Shown: piece after piece, positions 13,311 through 27,543 of the stretch
Layout of the letters: every line of letters begins with the position of its first letter
Numbering within the stretch: the stretch's first letter is position 1
Assembly: GCF_009914755.1 (NCBI RefSeq)
Contig: NC_060934.1
DNA: 64,000 nt
Origin: the human T2T-CHM13v2.0 reference genome, Homo sapiens
Direction: 5' to 3' (one strand)
Position numbers and translations under genes: made by a program
Notes under the pieces: generated by a model
The model's input: only the letters and a program-made list of their open reading frames with translations
Told to the model about the DNA's origin: nothing
The model's database searches: none

Positions 13311-14141
13311 CTGCAACAGAAATGCCAGTTCCAGGTGAGGCATGAAATAGTCTAGGAAACTGAAGGGAGTACTCTTGGGCTCCCAATTCCCTGTTGGGTC
13401 TCCAATCCTAACCACTATTTTATTTGTGTCATCTAAATGACCATGTATTTTTCAAAATGAGATCCTTGCTGTATAGGAACAGGAATACAGCTCTTTTGCA
13501 ATCAAGTTGGGGAGAGATCTTGGCTTGATGGTTATGGACAAATTCCTGAATTAGGCTCCATGAATGAAAGCATATAGTACATTTAAAAGATGCCCAAGTC
13601 TATTATTGTTAGTTTCTTATCTTTAATCATGATTTTCTATGCATTTTTCTTCTTTTCTTATTCTCCATCACATTTCTTTCTTTCTTTTTTTAACAAGATT
13701 GAGGTTCTAGTGAGAAAGGAATGTCATGAGGGCAAACTGCTCTCTCCTATTGGCTAAGACATCAGTGTCTTTTCATTTGAGAACGCGCAGGAAAAGGGTG
13801 GCCTAAAGTACTGAGAGATTATAATTAAAAGAAGAAAAACTGTATATGAGCAGACCCTTGATGCTGGTCCACTTCCACCCCAGAGAGGACTCTCCAAGGC
13901 CAAAGCAAGAGAGACCCCCTACACCTGGCCTGGTTCATGCAGTGTCCCCAAGGCCTGCAGGGACAGCTTGACCCAGGCACCAGGCATGTCTGCTCTTCAC
14001 GGCTATAGAGTAATGACTAGAGAGATCAACCACAACAAGCATCTTCTCAACAGAAACTGTTGCCTTGGAGCCAGCAGTCTGGGTTGGAACATGGCTGTTC
14101 TATCGGTGTGGCCAATTCAAGAAAGACAAAGTGTTCCATAC

Positions 14142-14149
14142 CTGGTAAT
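14142..14149 (-). CDS. ABLIM1: ABLIM1 8-nt microexon ATTACCAG, (D)YQ; phase 1-0
   Basis: tttcttttcctttccttttcag|ATTACCAG|gtatgg; needed to join the phase-1 and phase-0 neighbours and supplies DYQ. Confidence 0.93.
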
Positions 14150-14380
14150 CTGAAAAGGAAAGGAAAAGAAAATATCATAAGGGAAAGACCATGGAAAAGC
14201 AAGGAACCATTCACAGACTATATTATATTGAAATTCCCAACATATTCGCCCTATAAACCATGTTCTTTTTCTGCTCCCAGACTCTGCACATGTTATCCCA
14301 TCAGCCTCCCTGAAGCCAAGAAATGCCTGGTCCAGTGTTAGTTAACAGTTAAAACATTTTCCCCTGGAAGCTTTCGCTGA

Positions 14381-14820
<440 letters not shown>

Positions 14821-15076
14821 TCTAGGTATCTGATAGAGTGCTCAGCACATAGTATGAGCAATGAATAAATTCTCACAAACTCACTTCTTACAGTTTGATT
14901 TCATTAGATATTCTTTGAAATTTTGTAAATAATTGCCCTATTAGCTCACAGAAGACAGATGTGATCCTACTCTAAGGATACAATACAGCATGAACACAGC
15001 CAGTATACTTGACTCTCATGAACCTCAGCCTCGAGGGAAGACGTGGCCATGCTCAGCCTGGCCATGGGAGCCTCAC

Positions 15077-15137
15077 CTCGCACTCCCCCGCTGACATCCC
15101 CATAGCTGTTATACTGAGCGAAGTCGGTAGAAACAGG
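15077..15137 (-). CDS. ABLIM1: ABLIM1 exon PVSTDFAQYNSYGDVSGGVR; 61 nt, phase 0-1
   Basis: catttcag|CCTGTT...GTGCGAG|gtgagg. Confidence 0.96.
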
Positions 15138-15781
15138 CTGAAATGAGGAAAAACAATTATTAGGAAATCTCCATAGTGATCGTTTTGGAGTCAGGTGAAA
15201 AGGAAGAAAGAGTTTACAAAATCCTAGGAATTCTTCCCAAGCTAAATGTCAGACCTTCATTTTTTTTTTCCCTATGATTCTTCTACTGCTATGCCATCTC
15301 TTTGTCTTTTTTAGTGTACTAATGCCACCACTCAGCAGGCTCTTGGTAAGCAGGGATCTCTTGCTGATAAATAAAAATGCATTGTCCTACATAGTTACAT
15401 AATTGTATTTGTTCCATCTTTTGTGAGGAGGATGGTTATAACACACATTCTTATATCTTTTTACAGCAAAGATAATGGTTCAAGTAATTACTTTTTGTTT
15501 CATTGTAAAAAATATTTGCCATACAGTTTTGCAATTTAGTTTTCCCATAATCATACACAAGCCATTCTTTTATCTAAAGTTAATTTCTTCTTCTCTCAAT
15601 AGAAACATTTTATTTTGCCTGTAACTCAAATTAATTTACTAGGCAACCAGGGAGGTTAAAATTTTCATTATGTTCCAACACTGAGATCAAGAGTCAGACG
15701 TATTCAGGCAATGTGTCAATACTTCAACCAGGGCCGAGGTGGGAGTAAAGGCAGAAACAATGAATCGGGGAGAAATCTTAC

Positions 15782-15846
15782 CCGGTGAAGCCCATTTCTT
15801 CCATAGCCAGGGAGAGATGCAGTTTTAGATGATGGAATATGTGAAG
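15782..15846 (-). CDS. ABLIM1: ABLIM1 exon (A)SHIPSSKTASLPGYGRNGLHR; 65 nt, phase 1-0
   Basis: ttactcag|CTTCAC...CACCGG|gtaaga. Confidence 0.96.
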
Positions 15847-16684
15847 CTGAGTAAGAAAAAAGTAAAAAACCAATTGTTAGGAAATCAGAAGGTCCAATCC
15901 TTTAATGAAATTGGCAGTATCTTCTACCTCACAGGATAGAAATACCAAAAAAATTCAAATCATATTGGGCTCAAATGTTCAAAAATATGCCATCATATTT
16001 GCAAGGAGTGGGTGGACAGTGATATGACTGAGGAGGGAAGGGAAAGTCAAGTCCACGCGGTTGAGTGGGGGCTGAAGCTGGCTGTGCTTCCTATAGCTCT
16101 GGCATGGAGCTAAGTGTTCAGCATGCTTTATTTCTTTGAATCTTCAATATAACCCTAATAACACTATGATTATTAGTTCCATATTACAGAAGGAGAAATA
16201 GGGGCTAAGAAAAATATCCTGCCAACAGTTACTAAGCTTCTAAACAGCTGAGCAAGGATGTAAATCAGGGATATCTGAATACATTAGCCCATGCCCCAGT
16301 TGATAAGGCAGCAGTAACTGAACTGGAAGCCAACCCTGTATGTTATCAAGATCTACCAGCCATCTACAGCTGGCCTCCTGGGAGGCCTGATACAGGGTAT
16401 CTGTCAATGATATGGAAGCCTGATAAGCTGCTGGGCTTGAGAGGGAGCAGCCCTGGGCTTGAATTCTGGTTCTGCAACTTAATACCTCTGTATCTCTGGA
16501 CATGGTGTTTAATCTTTCTGAAGTCCTCATTTCTTCATCTATGCAGGTACAATGTTATACATTCTTATAGAGCAGAATCTCAGAATTCCAAGGAACTCTA
16601 AAGATTTGTAAACCACCGAATCCAAGATCAATGCCAGTGAGGCATCTATGAAGGGTAGCGGGAATTCCAGGTAAGGGTGTGGGC

Positions 16685-16900
16685 TCCGGGGTTATAATAT
16701 GTGGACTTCTAAATCCTAGTCTTGCTAGTTATTGGCGTATCACACTGGGTATGTTAACTCAATTTCTATACCAGTCTCCTGATTTCTAAAATAGAGATGA
16801 AAATGCTGCAGTTGCTAATAACAACCACATCTACTTCACTGGCATGTTGTGAACATTAAATAAAATGTTTAGCAAAAATGCTTGCATGGAGTGAACATTA
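16685..16900 (+). mobile_element. MIR
   Basis: Diverged MIR core; boundaries approximate. Confidence 0.5.
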
Positions 16901-16906
16901 AATGCA

Positions 16907-17156
16907 TTTTTTTTTTTGAGACAGAGTCTCACTCTCACCCAGGCTGGAGTGCAGTGGCGCAATCTTGGCTCAATGTAAGCTCAGCTTTCTGGGTTCACGC
17001 CATTCTCCTGCCTCAGCCTCCCGAGTAGCCGGGACTGCAGGAGCCCGCCACCACACCTGGCTGATTTTTGTATTTTTTAGTAGAGACGGGGTTTCACTGT
17101 GTTAGCCAGGATGGTCTCGATCTCCTGACCTTGTGATCTGCCCGCCTTGGTCTCCC
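16907..17156 (-). mobile_element. 5'-truncated Alu (AluY/Sc-like)
   Basis: TSD ca(t/c)taaatgcattttt. Confidence 0.94.
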
Positions 17157-17368
17157 CACTAAATGCATTTTTAAAGGAACTCTTAGAGGAGAAAATTATG
17201 CTCTAGCTCAGAATATGAGAGAAGAAATCTTGTGGTTTAAGAGAGAATTGGCTTATGACAAATAGATACAGGGGAAAATACACTGATAGGCTATTTCAGC
17301 CCAGTGTATAAGTCATCTTCTTCAAAAGTATCAAAAACACTGTTCATCCTCAGTTCTTGTATTGAAGA

Positions 17369-17690
<322 letters not shown>

Positions 17691-18088
17691 TAAAATCATA
17701 ATGCTTAGAAAATGTCTTATTCATGTTATCTAAAAAAAAAAAAAAAAAAAAAAGAAGAAGAAAAAAAGCATCATGTTTTTTAGAGGATTTCCTTTTGCTG
17801 CTTCCCTTGGAGATGAGTGTTCTAGAAGACAAACCTAGTATATGGGGATTGGCCTTCATGGATTTTGAGAACCTCCAAGGGTTCACCCATTTCCAGAAGA
17901 AAGGAAACACACATTTATGGAAGACCCATGACATGCTTATGAGCTCATTTGACATGGAGTGGGTTTCCCACACTTCCTTTCCCGTGGAATACTCTGTAGG
18001 TTCCACCACAAGTGAACAGTCAAGGCAGGTGCCTTACAAGCAGGTGGCTGGCTCTCGAATCAGGGAAGGTTGGGGGTTTGCTGCTTAC

Positions 18089-18194
18089 CTGAGTTGATGG
18101 GAGAATCGTAGCGACTGGCTAACAGAGATGACCTTTCCCGGCTCTCTTTCTCCATCTCTTCTTTCAAGATCAACTGTCCCAGGCCTGAGTTAAG
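18089..18194 (-). CDS. ABLIM1: ABLIM1 exon LNSGLGQLILKEEMEKESRERSSLLASRYDSPINS; 106 nt, phase 0-1
   Basis: gtgaatag|CTTAAC...AACTCAG|gtaagc. Confidence 0.96.
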
Positions 18195-19370
18195 CTATTC
18201 ACAGAACAAAGGAAAAAAAAAAAAAAAGAAAGCAAAGCTTGCAATTACTTTCATGGAGCTGCAGTTTCTTTGTGGCAGATCCCACAAGAAGTTTCTCTTG
18301 CTGGAGGGCCTGAATGCATGTGGCCCCAGAGCCTGGTAGTTCCTGAAGAGGTAGGTCAAGTTTGGGACCCTAAACCCTCTTAGCCCTTTCAGTTTCAAAG
18401 CTCCATTTCCCTAAGTCAGGCTCTGTGTTAGAAGAACGTTTTCCTTCCTCTGCTTTCCCTAAAGAGCCAGGAGACCTCAGAAGGCATGTGTGAGTGTGTG
18501 TGGATTTTTGATGTGGGAAGGGAAGACTGGGGCTGGTATCCTTTAAAAAGAAATTGCCTTGATTTGTTTAAAAACAAGAAATAAAGGTAATACATGCTAA
18601 TTTTACAGATTTTGGAAAATCTAGAAGAAAAGAAGAGTAACCCATAATATGTCACTCAGAAATAACACTATCTTTTGATTTATATCTATCTAGTATTTTT
18701 GTATACACACATATAAAACTGAGATCATACTATAAATGCAACTTTGTATCCTTTGACTAATATCACGTGCATTTCCTATATGCTTAGAAAACATCATTTG
18801 AAAGGATTCAGCAGCCTCTTGACTGATAACAGACTGTCCTTCTGGGCTGCTGCAGGCCCTTGCTACAGGAAGGAGGGTATGAAGAGGACCCCTTCATGGT
18901 GGCCGTTCCTTTCATTCCTTTTCTCCTGGCCCACATCCTGGGAAAAGACTTGGAGAAATGTTCAATCCCACAGTCATTCCTTCAGCAGAACTGCATGAGG
19001 GAAGGAAGGTGTGGCACTACCTGGGTGGATACCACCTTGCTCTGCCTGGCCCTCCAGCAGCCTTTCAACACATGCACTGCACACATGCCCCCATGTGGTC
19101 TCTCTTTCCTTCCCACAACAACCCAAACCTTCCACACCCCTCTGACCTCCAGCACCAATGCCATCTCCTCTAGAGCCCAGCAGGTATTCTGCCATATTCT
19201 AGTTACTATTAACAGACACCTGTCTTGCCTTGCCTGCCAGATTTCAAGCCCCTTGAAGACTGGGACCACCTCTTGCCTATCTAGATGGTTTATACATAGT
19301 AGTCATTCAAAAAATATAGATCTTATGTAACTAGCATTGAAGACAGCAGCAAGGTAGTTTAAGGACAAAC

Positions 19371-19462
19371 CTTCATTAATTGCTCTTCTTGAAGCTGCCG
19401 ACGTCTCAGAAGTTCCTCATCATCTTCCTCTCTGCCACTAGATCTGCGTTTCATGTCAGGTC
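19371..19462 (-). CDS. ABLIM1: ABLIM1 exon (G)PDMKRRSSGREEDDEELLRRRQLQEEQLMK; 92 nt, phase 1-0
   Basis: gaattag|GACCTG...ATGAAG|gtttgt. Confidence 0.96.
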
Positions 19463-19830
19463 CTAATTCCACAGCAAAGACAACTTCTCACATCAGCCCC
19501 AAGACAAGGGAATCTTAACGGGCTAGTCCATCTGTGTTCAGTTTGTTAGGCTGGCAAGGTCAGCAATGGTCTTTAACACTTTTAAGTAAACAATACAAGA
19601 GAAAACAAAAATGCCTGCCACCAACTCAGCACTACTGGCTGGTTTCTCAAGAAAATGGCCCTGTGTGACAAGCCAGGTCAACGTGCAATGCAAGGAAGGC
19701 CTGAATTTAGGCCTCCCTGCTCCATTAGAACTGGGTTTGCAACTTAGTCTAAGTTCACTGGTCAGAGATCACTTTAGTAAATGGAAGGGCATCTCCAGTT
19801 GTTATTTTGATGTCTTTGAAGTGAATTTCC

Positions 19831-20130
19831 TTTTTCCTTTCTTTTTTGAGACAAGGTTTCACTCTGTTGCCCAGGCTGGAGTACAGTGATGCAATCATGG
19901 CTCAGTGCAGCCTTGACCTCCAGGCTCAAGCAATCCTCCCACCTCACCCACCTGGGTAGCTGCGACCACAGGTGTATGCCACCATACCCTACTGATTTTT
20001 AAATATTTTTTATAGAGACATGGTCTCACTATATTGCCCAGGCTGATCTCAAACTCCAGGGCTCAACTAATCCTCCTGCCTTGGCCTCCAAAAATGCTGG
20101 GATTACAGGCGTGAGCCACCACGCCCAGCC
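19831..20130 (-). mobile_element. Alu (AluJ-like)
   Basis: Diverged dimer. Confidence 0.94.
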
Positions 20131-21938
20131 TCAATTTTCAAATAGAAAGAAATGCAAATTTATCTACATACCAACAGATAGGTAAGATAGTCATTGTTTT
20201 GTGACATGCGTTTAAACCTTGTAGTTTTCTCTTTTTCTGAATATTTAGAATTTCATAATACTATCACTCTGTCTTCTACTCTTAGTAAATTCAATAAAAA
20301 GCATACTTTTACTATTTCTTTCGAGAAATGGGTCTCTAAGGTTTTCTTTTTCTCATCCTTTGAAAAATGGTCACAAAAGAGTTTTATACTAATAGGTAAA
20401 TCAAAAGCATTAATACAGGTACAATTTTACTTTGGAACAATATAGTAAATTGTGTTCAATTTTTTAGCTTTCTGGAAAGGGGAGACAGGGAAAGGAAAGG
20501 AGGAATCTGTCTGAATGGTTGAGAGGTTAAGATAATTATTGTTTTCCTAAATTGCTTGGATTAATCTGGCTGTGGGAGGAAACAGGAAAGTTTGCTAATC
20601 TAATCAAAATAAACTTTAACTAATAGTCTTAGTTTTCAGCATTTTGATTAATGGACCTGAAATTTTTCCTCCTTTTGGAATCTAAAAGAGCTTTAAACTA
20701 CTTAGTGATAATAAATTCAACAACAAAAACTTAATTCTCCCTCTTTCCAAAATGTAGCTGCTTTAATGTCCCAGTAAGCAATTTACTAAACTAGCAACCT
20801 CAAGGCCTCAAGAACTTCCTGAAGGGCATGGATTGGCATAGAAAAGCTGATGGTTGGTTCTTAGTTCTTACAATTATAAATGTCAGTGTGAAGTTTCTCT
20901 CTTTAGTTTACACTAATGAAAATCAATAGGCACAAGTTTGCAAGGACTAGATAAATTTCATTAATATAATGTACACAACACTTGTGAATAATGAACTTAG
21001 GAGGTAGATTTTTCCTTAAACTCTTTCTATAAGTATCAATTGATTTAAAATCCACTTGTATTGCTTGTGAAAGATATTCCAAAAATAACTTATTAAAAAT
21101 AGCACAATGAAGATTAGGACATTTTGGAAAATTGAAGGCCTTTTAGGTTGTTAACAGAAATGTGATAAGATCGTGTCTTTGTAAAGCTGACTCGCTAAAT
21201 TTTCAGTATTAGCTTCTGGGTTTGCTAATACTTCTTTTTAGGCCGAGTAGGTTCACTACTGATAATATAGTAAAGACACAGACATAATTGGAAAGCATGG
21301 AGCAAAGAATGAAACAGCTGAAATATGACATTTTAGCACAGAATTCATGAAAATGGTAGATGTAAAATCACATAACTTCACAGAAGTAATATTTCAGAAC
21401 ACCTACTACTCTGCAATAGCCCTTTTGCATGATGGACAACATGATCTTACAAGAAAAATGAAAGTGCTTCAGTGTTAAGATTGGTTGTTAAGAATTATAA
21501 CTACAACCCAGAAATAGTCTAAAACAAATTTAACTGAAAGAAGTCATGCTTCTACAAACATTCGGTAAATTCACCCACTAGACTCTAATTATATAGAACA
21601 ATGTTCTTGCCATAAGGCTTTCACTCAACTATGTTCAACAGAGTTACTGATTCTGCAGTATTAACTCTGAGAGTCCATGCAAACCATTGGTTTTAGACCA
21701 GTTCTGGATCCCAGTGGGTTTGGTTAGAACAAGACTCTGGTGGATGTGTTTTTGTAACTTTTAAGCGTTTTGTACAACAAGTTAATACCACGTTAGTTCT
21801 TTTCACTATGCTACCTCTTGGTCATACTTTTCTTTAAAATCTTCATAATAGGATACATTTTCTTTCATGTTTTTAAGCATGTCATCTTGAGCTCTCCTAG
21901 CAGTTTGTCCCTTTGACTTAGCCGTGACAGTTGCATAC

Positions 21939-22079
21939 CTACGACAGCAAATGAGGGGGGACCAGGCCAGTGGTCCGTCTCAATCTTTGGTGTCTCGCTG
22001 GGGTCTGGTGCCTGGGCTGCTGGGAACTTGGAAAACTTGATGATATCTTCTGAGGACTTGCTCTGGGCTGCCAAGGCAG
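21939..22079 (-). CDS. ABLIM1: ABLIM1 exon (A)ALAAQSKSSEDIIKFSKFPAAQAPDP...PSFAVV; 141 nt, or 147 nt from the alternative acceptor at 22085; phase 1-1
   Basis: tctag|ATGCAG|CTGCC...GTCGTAG|gtatgc; overlaps ORF 21865..22074. Confidence 0.96.
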   Translation of the reverse strand: MPWQPRASPQKISSSFPSSQQPRHQTPARHQRLRRTTGLVPPHLLS

Positions 22080-22323
22080 CTGCATCTAGATGGGAATCAG
22101 GGGTTGCTTAGCTATTGGTCTGTAAGACAATGGCGGTACAACCCCACTTACATAGTTTTCTTGTTCTCTGGCAAAAGTTTCAGTTCCAGAAAGTTCTGTT
22201 TATTACCATTATCCATGGCCCAGTCACTCAGAGGTACCTATTGACAAGTCAACTCATTTTCCTTACTTTACGTCAGAAGCAAAGCTTCATTCTACATGTG
22301 TTCTACATCTGAAAAACCCTATT

Positions 22324-22520
22324 CTAGAGTGCTGCCCAGCACTAGCTAGATGAGGCTATTTAAACAAAAAAAATTAATACAATTAAAATTCTGCTCCTCA
22401 GTTTCACTAGCCATATTTCAACTGCTCAGTAGTCACATGTGATTAGTGCCTACTGTCCTGGCCAGTGCAGATATAGAACATTTCCATCCTTATAGAAAGT
22501 TCCAGTGGACAACACTCTCC
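22324..22520. mobile_element. hAT-Charlie MITE (MER3-like)
   Basis: Characteristic cactagccatatttcaa...gtcacatgtg...tagaacatttccatc...gaaagttc. Confidence 0.7.
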
Positions 22521-22586
22521 TAGAGTAATTAGTAATCTAAAATTAAAGAGCTAAGTTGAAAGCATGACGCTATCACTTGACTGTAG

Positions 22587-22968
<382 letters not shown>

Positions 22969-23509
22969 TGGTCCACTTCATTCTAATCCTTATATACTAA
23001 ATACATGTGTCCTTGAGTCCTAGGAGAAATGGAAATTGGAAAATCCACTTTCAGCTTGCAGGAATTTGGCATTGAAACTTATGTTTGCCGTTTCCACTCA
23101 TTGTTTTGTTCAAAGGTCTGTGCACACAAGTGAGTTATCCAACTTTAAAACAACAAAAGCCAAACTAGCAGCAATATTAGTTCACAAAGTTCTTATTGGC
23201 TATGCTTAGAGGAGGAGTCACAGCTTAGAGCCCCAGATCTAACCTACAGAGATGGAGCAAAACAAACCAGGTTAAATGGACAGTCCCTGATTCTGGCTAA
23301 TTTTGCAAATCGGCCAGGGATGTCACTAAATATTTCAAAATGTATTTATAATGCCTTAAATAACTTTTTTCTTCTGGGCTTACATATTTTAAAATCTGGA
23401 AATAACCTTTTGAATCTTCAGCTCTAAGTCCTCCATTTTTCGGGTAACCTTCTGGGTCTCAATTTGCTTAAATAACTCAACCAAGGTCACCCAATACAAA
23501 GGGGTAGTC

Positions 23510-23640
23510 TTTTTTCCCTTCCTTGGAGATAGGGTCTTGCTATGTTGTGCAGGCTGGATTCTAACTCCTGCACTCAAGCAGGTCTCTCATTTCAGCCTCC
23601 CAAGTAGCTGAGACTATGGGTGTGGGCCACTGTGCCCAGT
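23510..23640 (-). mobile_element. Alu monomer (FLAM-like)
   Basis: Single diverged arm of about 130 nt. Confidence 0.85.
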
Positions 23641-24460
23641 TTAGGAGGTAAAGTCTTGGCCAGGCATGAAACAGTGTTCCTCTGAATCTCTAACCTCATG
23701 AGAAAACCATTTCAGCTTGGAAAACACTACATAGGAAATCCCCTTCTTAAAGATGGACAAAACATGTTAGCATATAAGAAGTTCTCAGAAGTTCTGCATT
23801 ATGAAGAACAAATGTGACTTGATTTAAATCTAGCCTTTCTCAAACGCATCAGGGCACAGACACCAGTTTTGGGCATAACAACTATTTCTTTGGCATGGAA
23901 TGGCTGTTTTGCAAAAACATCCTTTGGAAAGCGCTGCTCTGGCTGGGCTATTTTTAATTAATTATAACAGCCTGAAAGACTTCAGTCAAAGTAAATATTA
24001 TGAAAAGAAGTCAACTAATTCCTTCCAAACAAATAATCTAACATTATCCAATCTCCTTAAATTTTAATTATTTGATTATTTTTGTTCAGAGAGGAGGACC
24101 TAAAGATAGTATTTTTTAAAGCCTGTAAGTTGACAAATCAAATGCTGAGAATTTTATTCTTAAATTAACAACAAAAGGATGACTTCAAACAGTACTTACG
24201 CATTAGAATTGGTGAAGTCAGTAGTTAAACATTCACATGTTAATGAGTGTGTGGAAAGACAATAAACCATAAAAAAAAAAAAAACAAAAACAATGTTAAC
24301 AAACTTAAAAAGCAAGCGTATGGTTTAAAACCTCAAAAAAAAAAGATGAGAAAAAAAATCATAGCTCTAGAACCATTACGATACATACATTTCTCTTTGT
24401 CTTCCTGATTTTGGTCTAAAATTTTTTTCCTTACGCATTTTCAATGTTATTTGATTTTGA

Positions 24461-24829
<369 letters not shown>

Positions 24830-25683
24830 TGAATGTCAGCTGAATTCTAAAGGCAGCCTTCAAATTTCCAGGCACAATCTGTGTAGAATTTTCTGAAAAC
24901 GCCTGAAGACCAGCTTTAGATATCTTTTCACAAAGATTTATGGTCGATATATCTACAGAGACTTAATAATGGTGGAGGAAAATGTGATTTACATAAAGTC
25001 ATGTGAGTTCCTGAGTTAAAAAAAGGAAAACAGAATTATACATCCACGTTAGTGATTCTTAGTTTGCAGGAAGTTCAGAGACAAACTGATCTAACTAACT
25101 GGTTTTTACAGAAGAGAAAACTGAAGCACAGAGAAATGACGTCACAGAGCCATTTAGGGAGAAAGTGGGAGCAGAGCCTTGACCTCTGTGTTAGCCTGTA
25201 TCCTGTCCACTCCACTGTGCACACATCTTCATGCCCAATAAGAAACTGGAGACCTGGACAGCCAAGTTGATGTAGGCTCAGTCAAATTAGTTTTTCTAGG
25301 TGGCTGGTTTTTCACCAGTTTAAATTAGTCTCATCAAAATTATTTTAAAGGGTGACTATATTTGATGGCAAAAAGAAAAAAGACTTGCTAGGATGTTTGT
25401 GAGTTGCTGTGTGACCAGTACTTCCCCTTCTCTAGGAACAGAATGATACATGGTTTGATGGGCTCAGCAACAGGTTAGAAGCTTTCTAATCAAGCTAAGT
25501 CTCTCCATCCAGGAGAATCAATTTTACAATATTTACATCTTAGTAGGCCAGAAAGGCATAATATGCTGGATGCCCCAGTTTTACTCTCAAAAGCAGCAGC
25601 AGGAAAAGCCTTTCAGAGGACAGCAAGGAGAAGTTCAGCTGACTTTGCTATTTAAAAGCTACGCGGAGGAAAGCGGGTTTTAC

Positions 25684-25731
25684 CATGCTGTTTGTAGATG
25701 GGTGGCTTTCGGTAAATGTTGATTCCTTGAT
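25684..25731 (-). CDS. ABLIM1: ABLIM1 exon (D)QGINIYRKPPIYKQH; 48 nt, phase 1-1
   Basis: tttccacag|ATCAAG...CAGCATG|gtaaaa; family NIYRKPPIYK motif. Confidence 0.96.
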
Positions 25732-27438
25732 CTGTGGAAATGAAAAGCAAAGGTGTGTGATTATGGGAACCAGTTCAGCGATGGGAAAAACAGATCAACC
25801 AAGGGGCAAATCAAACTGAAGATCTTGAACAAAAACAACCCAGAAGGTTAATTTCTGTATTACAAAGATTGAGTTTATTGAAAGAAAAATTATAGAAATG
25901 AGTGGCTTACTATAGACAAGTGTTATGGAAGCCTTTGTAATACATCTTAGGATATATAAAGATGTGATTAACTCATGAGCCATTTATTTCAAATACACAC
26001 TTCATTGAAAGTGGGATTAAAACAGGAAGAAACGCAAGCAGTGGAGGTACTCTTATGGTGAGAAAGACATAACCAGCTTGGGGAAAATGCCCAAATTGCT
26101 ATTGTCTAGAAATTGAGCCCCCAGTAGATACCAGTGGCTCAATTTACTTTTCAACTAATGAGTGGAACAGTGGAAAGCAATGTAGAAAAATCAAAAGTTT
26201 TTTTAAAAAAAACAGAAACTTTTTATGTGCAAGGCTAGCCTGGTGTGCTGATGGGATGTTCAACAAATCCTAATTTATACAGGCCAAATTTTTTAAAAAA
26301 AGAATGAATGAAAAAGAAAAGAGATGCTAAACACTATGTATATATTTATACAAGACCCCCTTGGATTATGGAACCATTTTGCTTTAACTATAAATACTCA
26401 GGAAATTTCAAAAGGTTTCTGTTTCCCCAGAACCGTGGGCACTGTATCTTGGTGGGGCATTTTTATGTGAAAAATCCCAGATATAGAACATTAATTTTCA
26501 AGATTCAATTAAACTTTTTTAGAAAGGACAGTCCCAACTAAGTGATATAAATCTCAGTGAACTTTCCTCTGTTTTATTAGGTAAGTTTAGAAGCAAAAGA
26601 AAAAAATGATTATAGATTCTAAATATGTACACTTACATTAATATAGTGGGTAATTTATTAAACTACTTTCAGTAGCTAAACAAAGCAAAAAACAATATAC
26701 TGCTGGTAGAAATATAGTATTATTACCTCTGATGGCTAATCCTGTCCTTACAAAGTGAGCTGATTCTAAACATTAAGATATTATATTAATGGGCTCTGAT
26801 TATTTCAGTTTCTGATGTCAAATTACTATTTGCATTATGACAGCAAATGCTTGTGACTACTAGAGCAAAGCTTGCAGCACCAAGCCTAAATTGCAAGATA
26901 TCTTCACGGGCTATGGAGATGGCTAGTCTGTTATGCGCTGCAGAAAGACCAACCAATTCACCCAATTCTACATCTCTCTGAAAAGTCCTTGGAGAAAGTC
27001 TCCACATTAGAGAAAAACAGGAAATATAAAAGTATTCTCTCAGGTGATACTGTGGTTCAGTCTTTAGGATGAGAAGATAACTAGATTGCCATTGCCATAA
27101 TTAGTCAATGACAGCAAACCACAGAAAGATATCTCAGAAGGCAATGATAAAAAGGTACAATTAAAATTTTAGTAAAAAACAAAACAAAACAACCCAACTG
27201 CTTTTACCCATCACCCACACTCTTCAAAAATTATTTTAGAAAACATAAACCTTCAACATAATCCTGGCATTTAACACATAAAACTTTTGAAAGGCCCCCT
27301 AGGTCAGATCCTGCAATTTAGGGTTTGTTAACTGTGCATCCCAATTAAAAGAGCATGAGAGATGAGACAAGACGAGGTTACAAGGCTACATTCTACACTG
27401 TGACAGGACACCAAGACACAGACTGTGTCAGCTCCTAC

Positions 27439-27543
27439 CTGGAACATGGAAATGTTTAGGGGCCTGAGCGTAAGTTGGAGTTAGAGGGCGGCTGTCTGGC
27501 CGGTAAGGGAGAGGGGAGTTCCGGCCGCTGGACGGCTCATTGC
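27439..27543 (-). CDS. ABLIM1: ABLIM1 exon (G)NEPSSGRNSPLPYRPDSRPLTPTYAQAPKHFHVP; 105 nt, phase 1-1
   Basis: ttctcattggag|GCAATG...GTTCCAG|gtagga. Confidence 0.95.

Noticed and set aside
17732-17768. A-rich tract as a poly(A)-only insertion
   Set aside because: No convincing TSD; treated as simple low-complexity sequence.
26720-26745. Possible 9-nt microexon ttag|CCATCAGAG|gtaata
   Set aside because: Purine-rich acceptor with competing AGs and no polypyrimidine tract.
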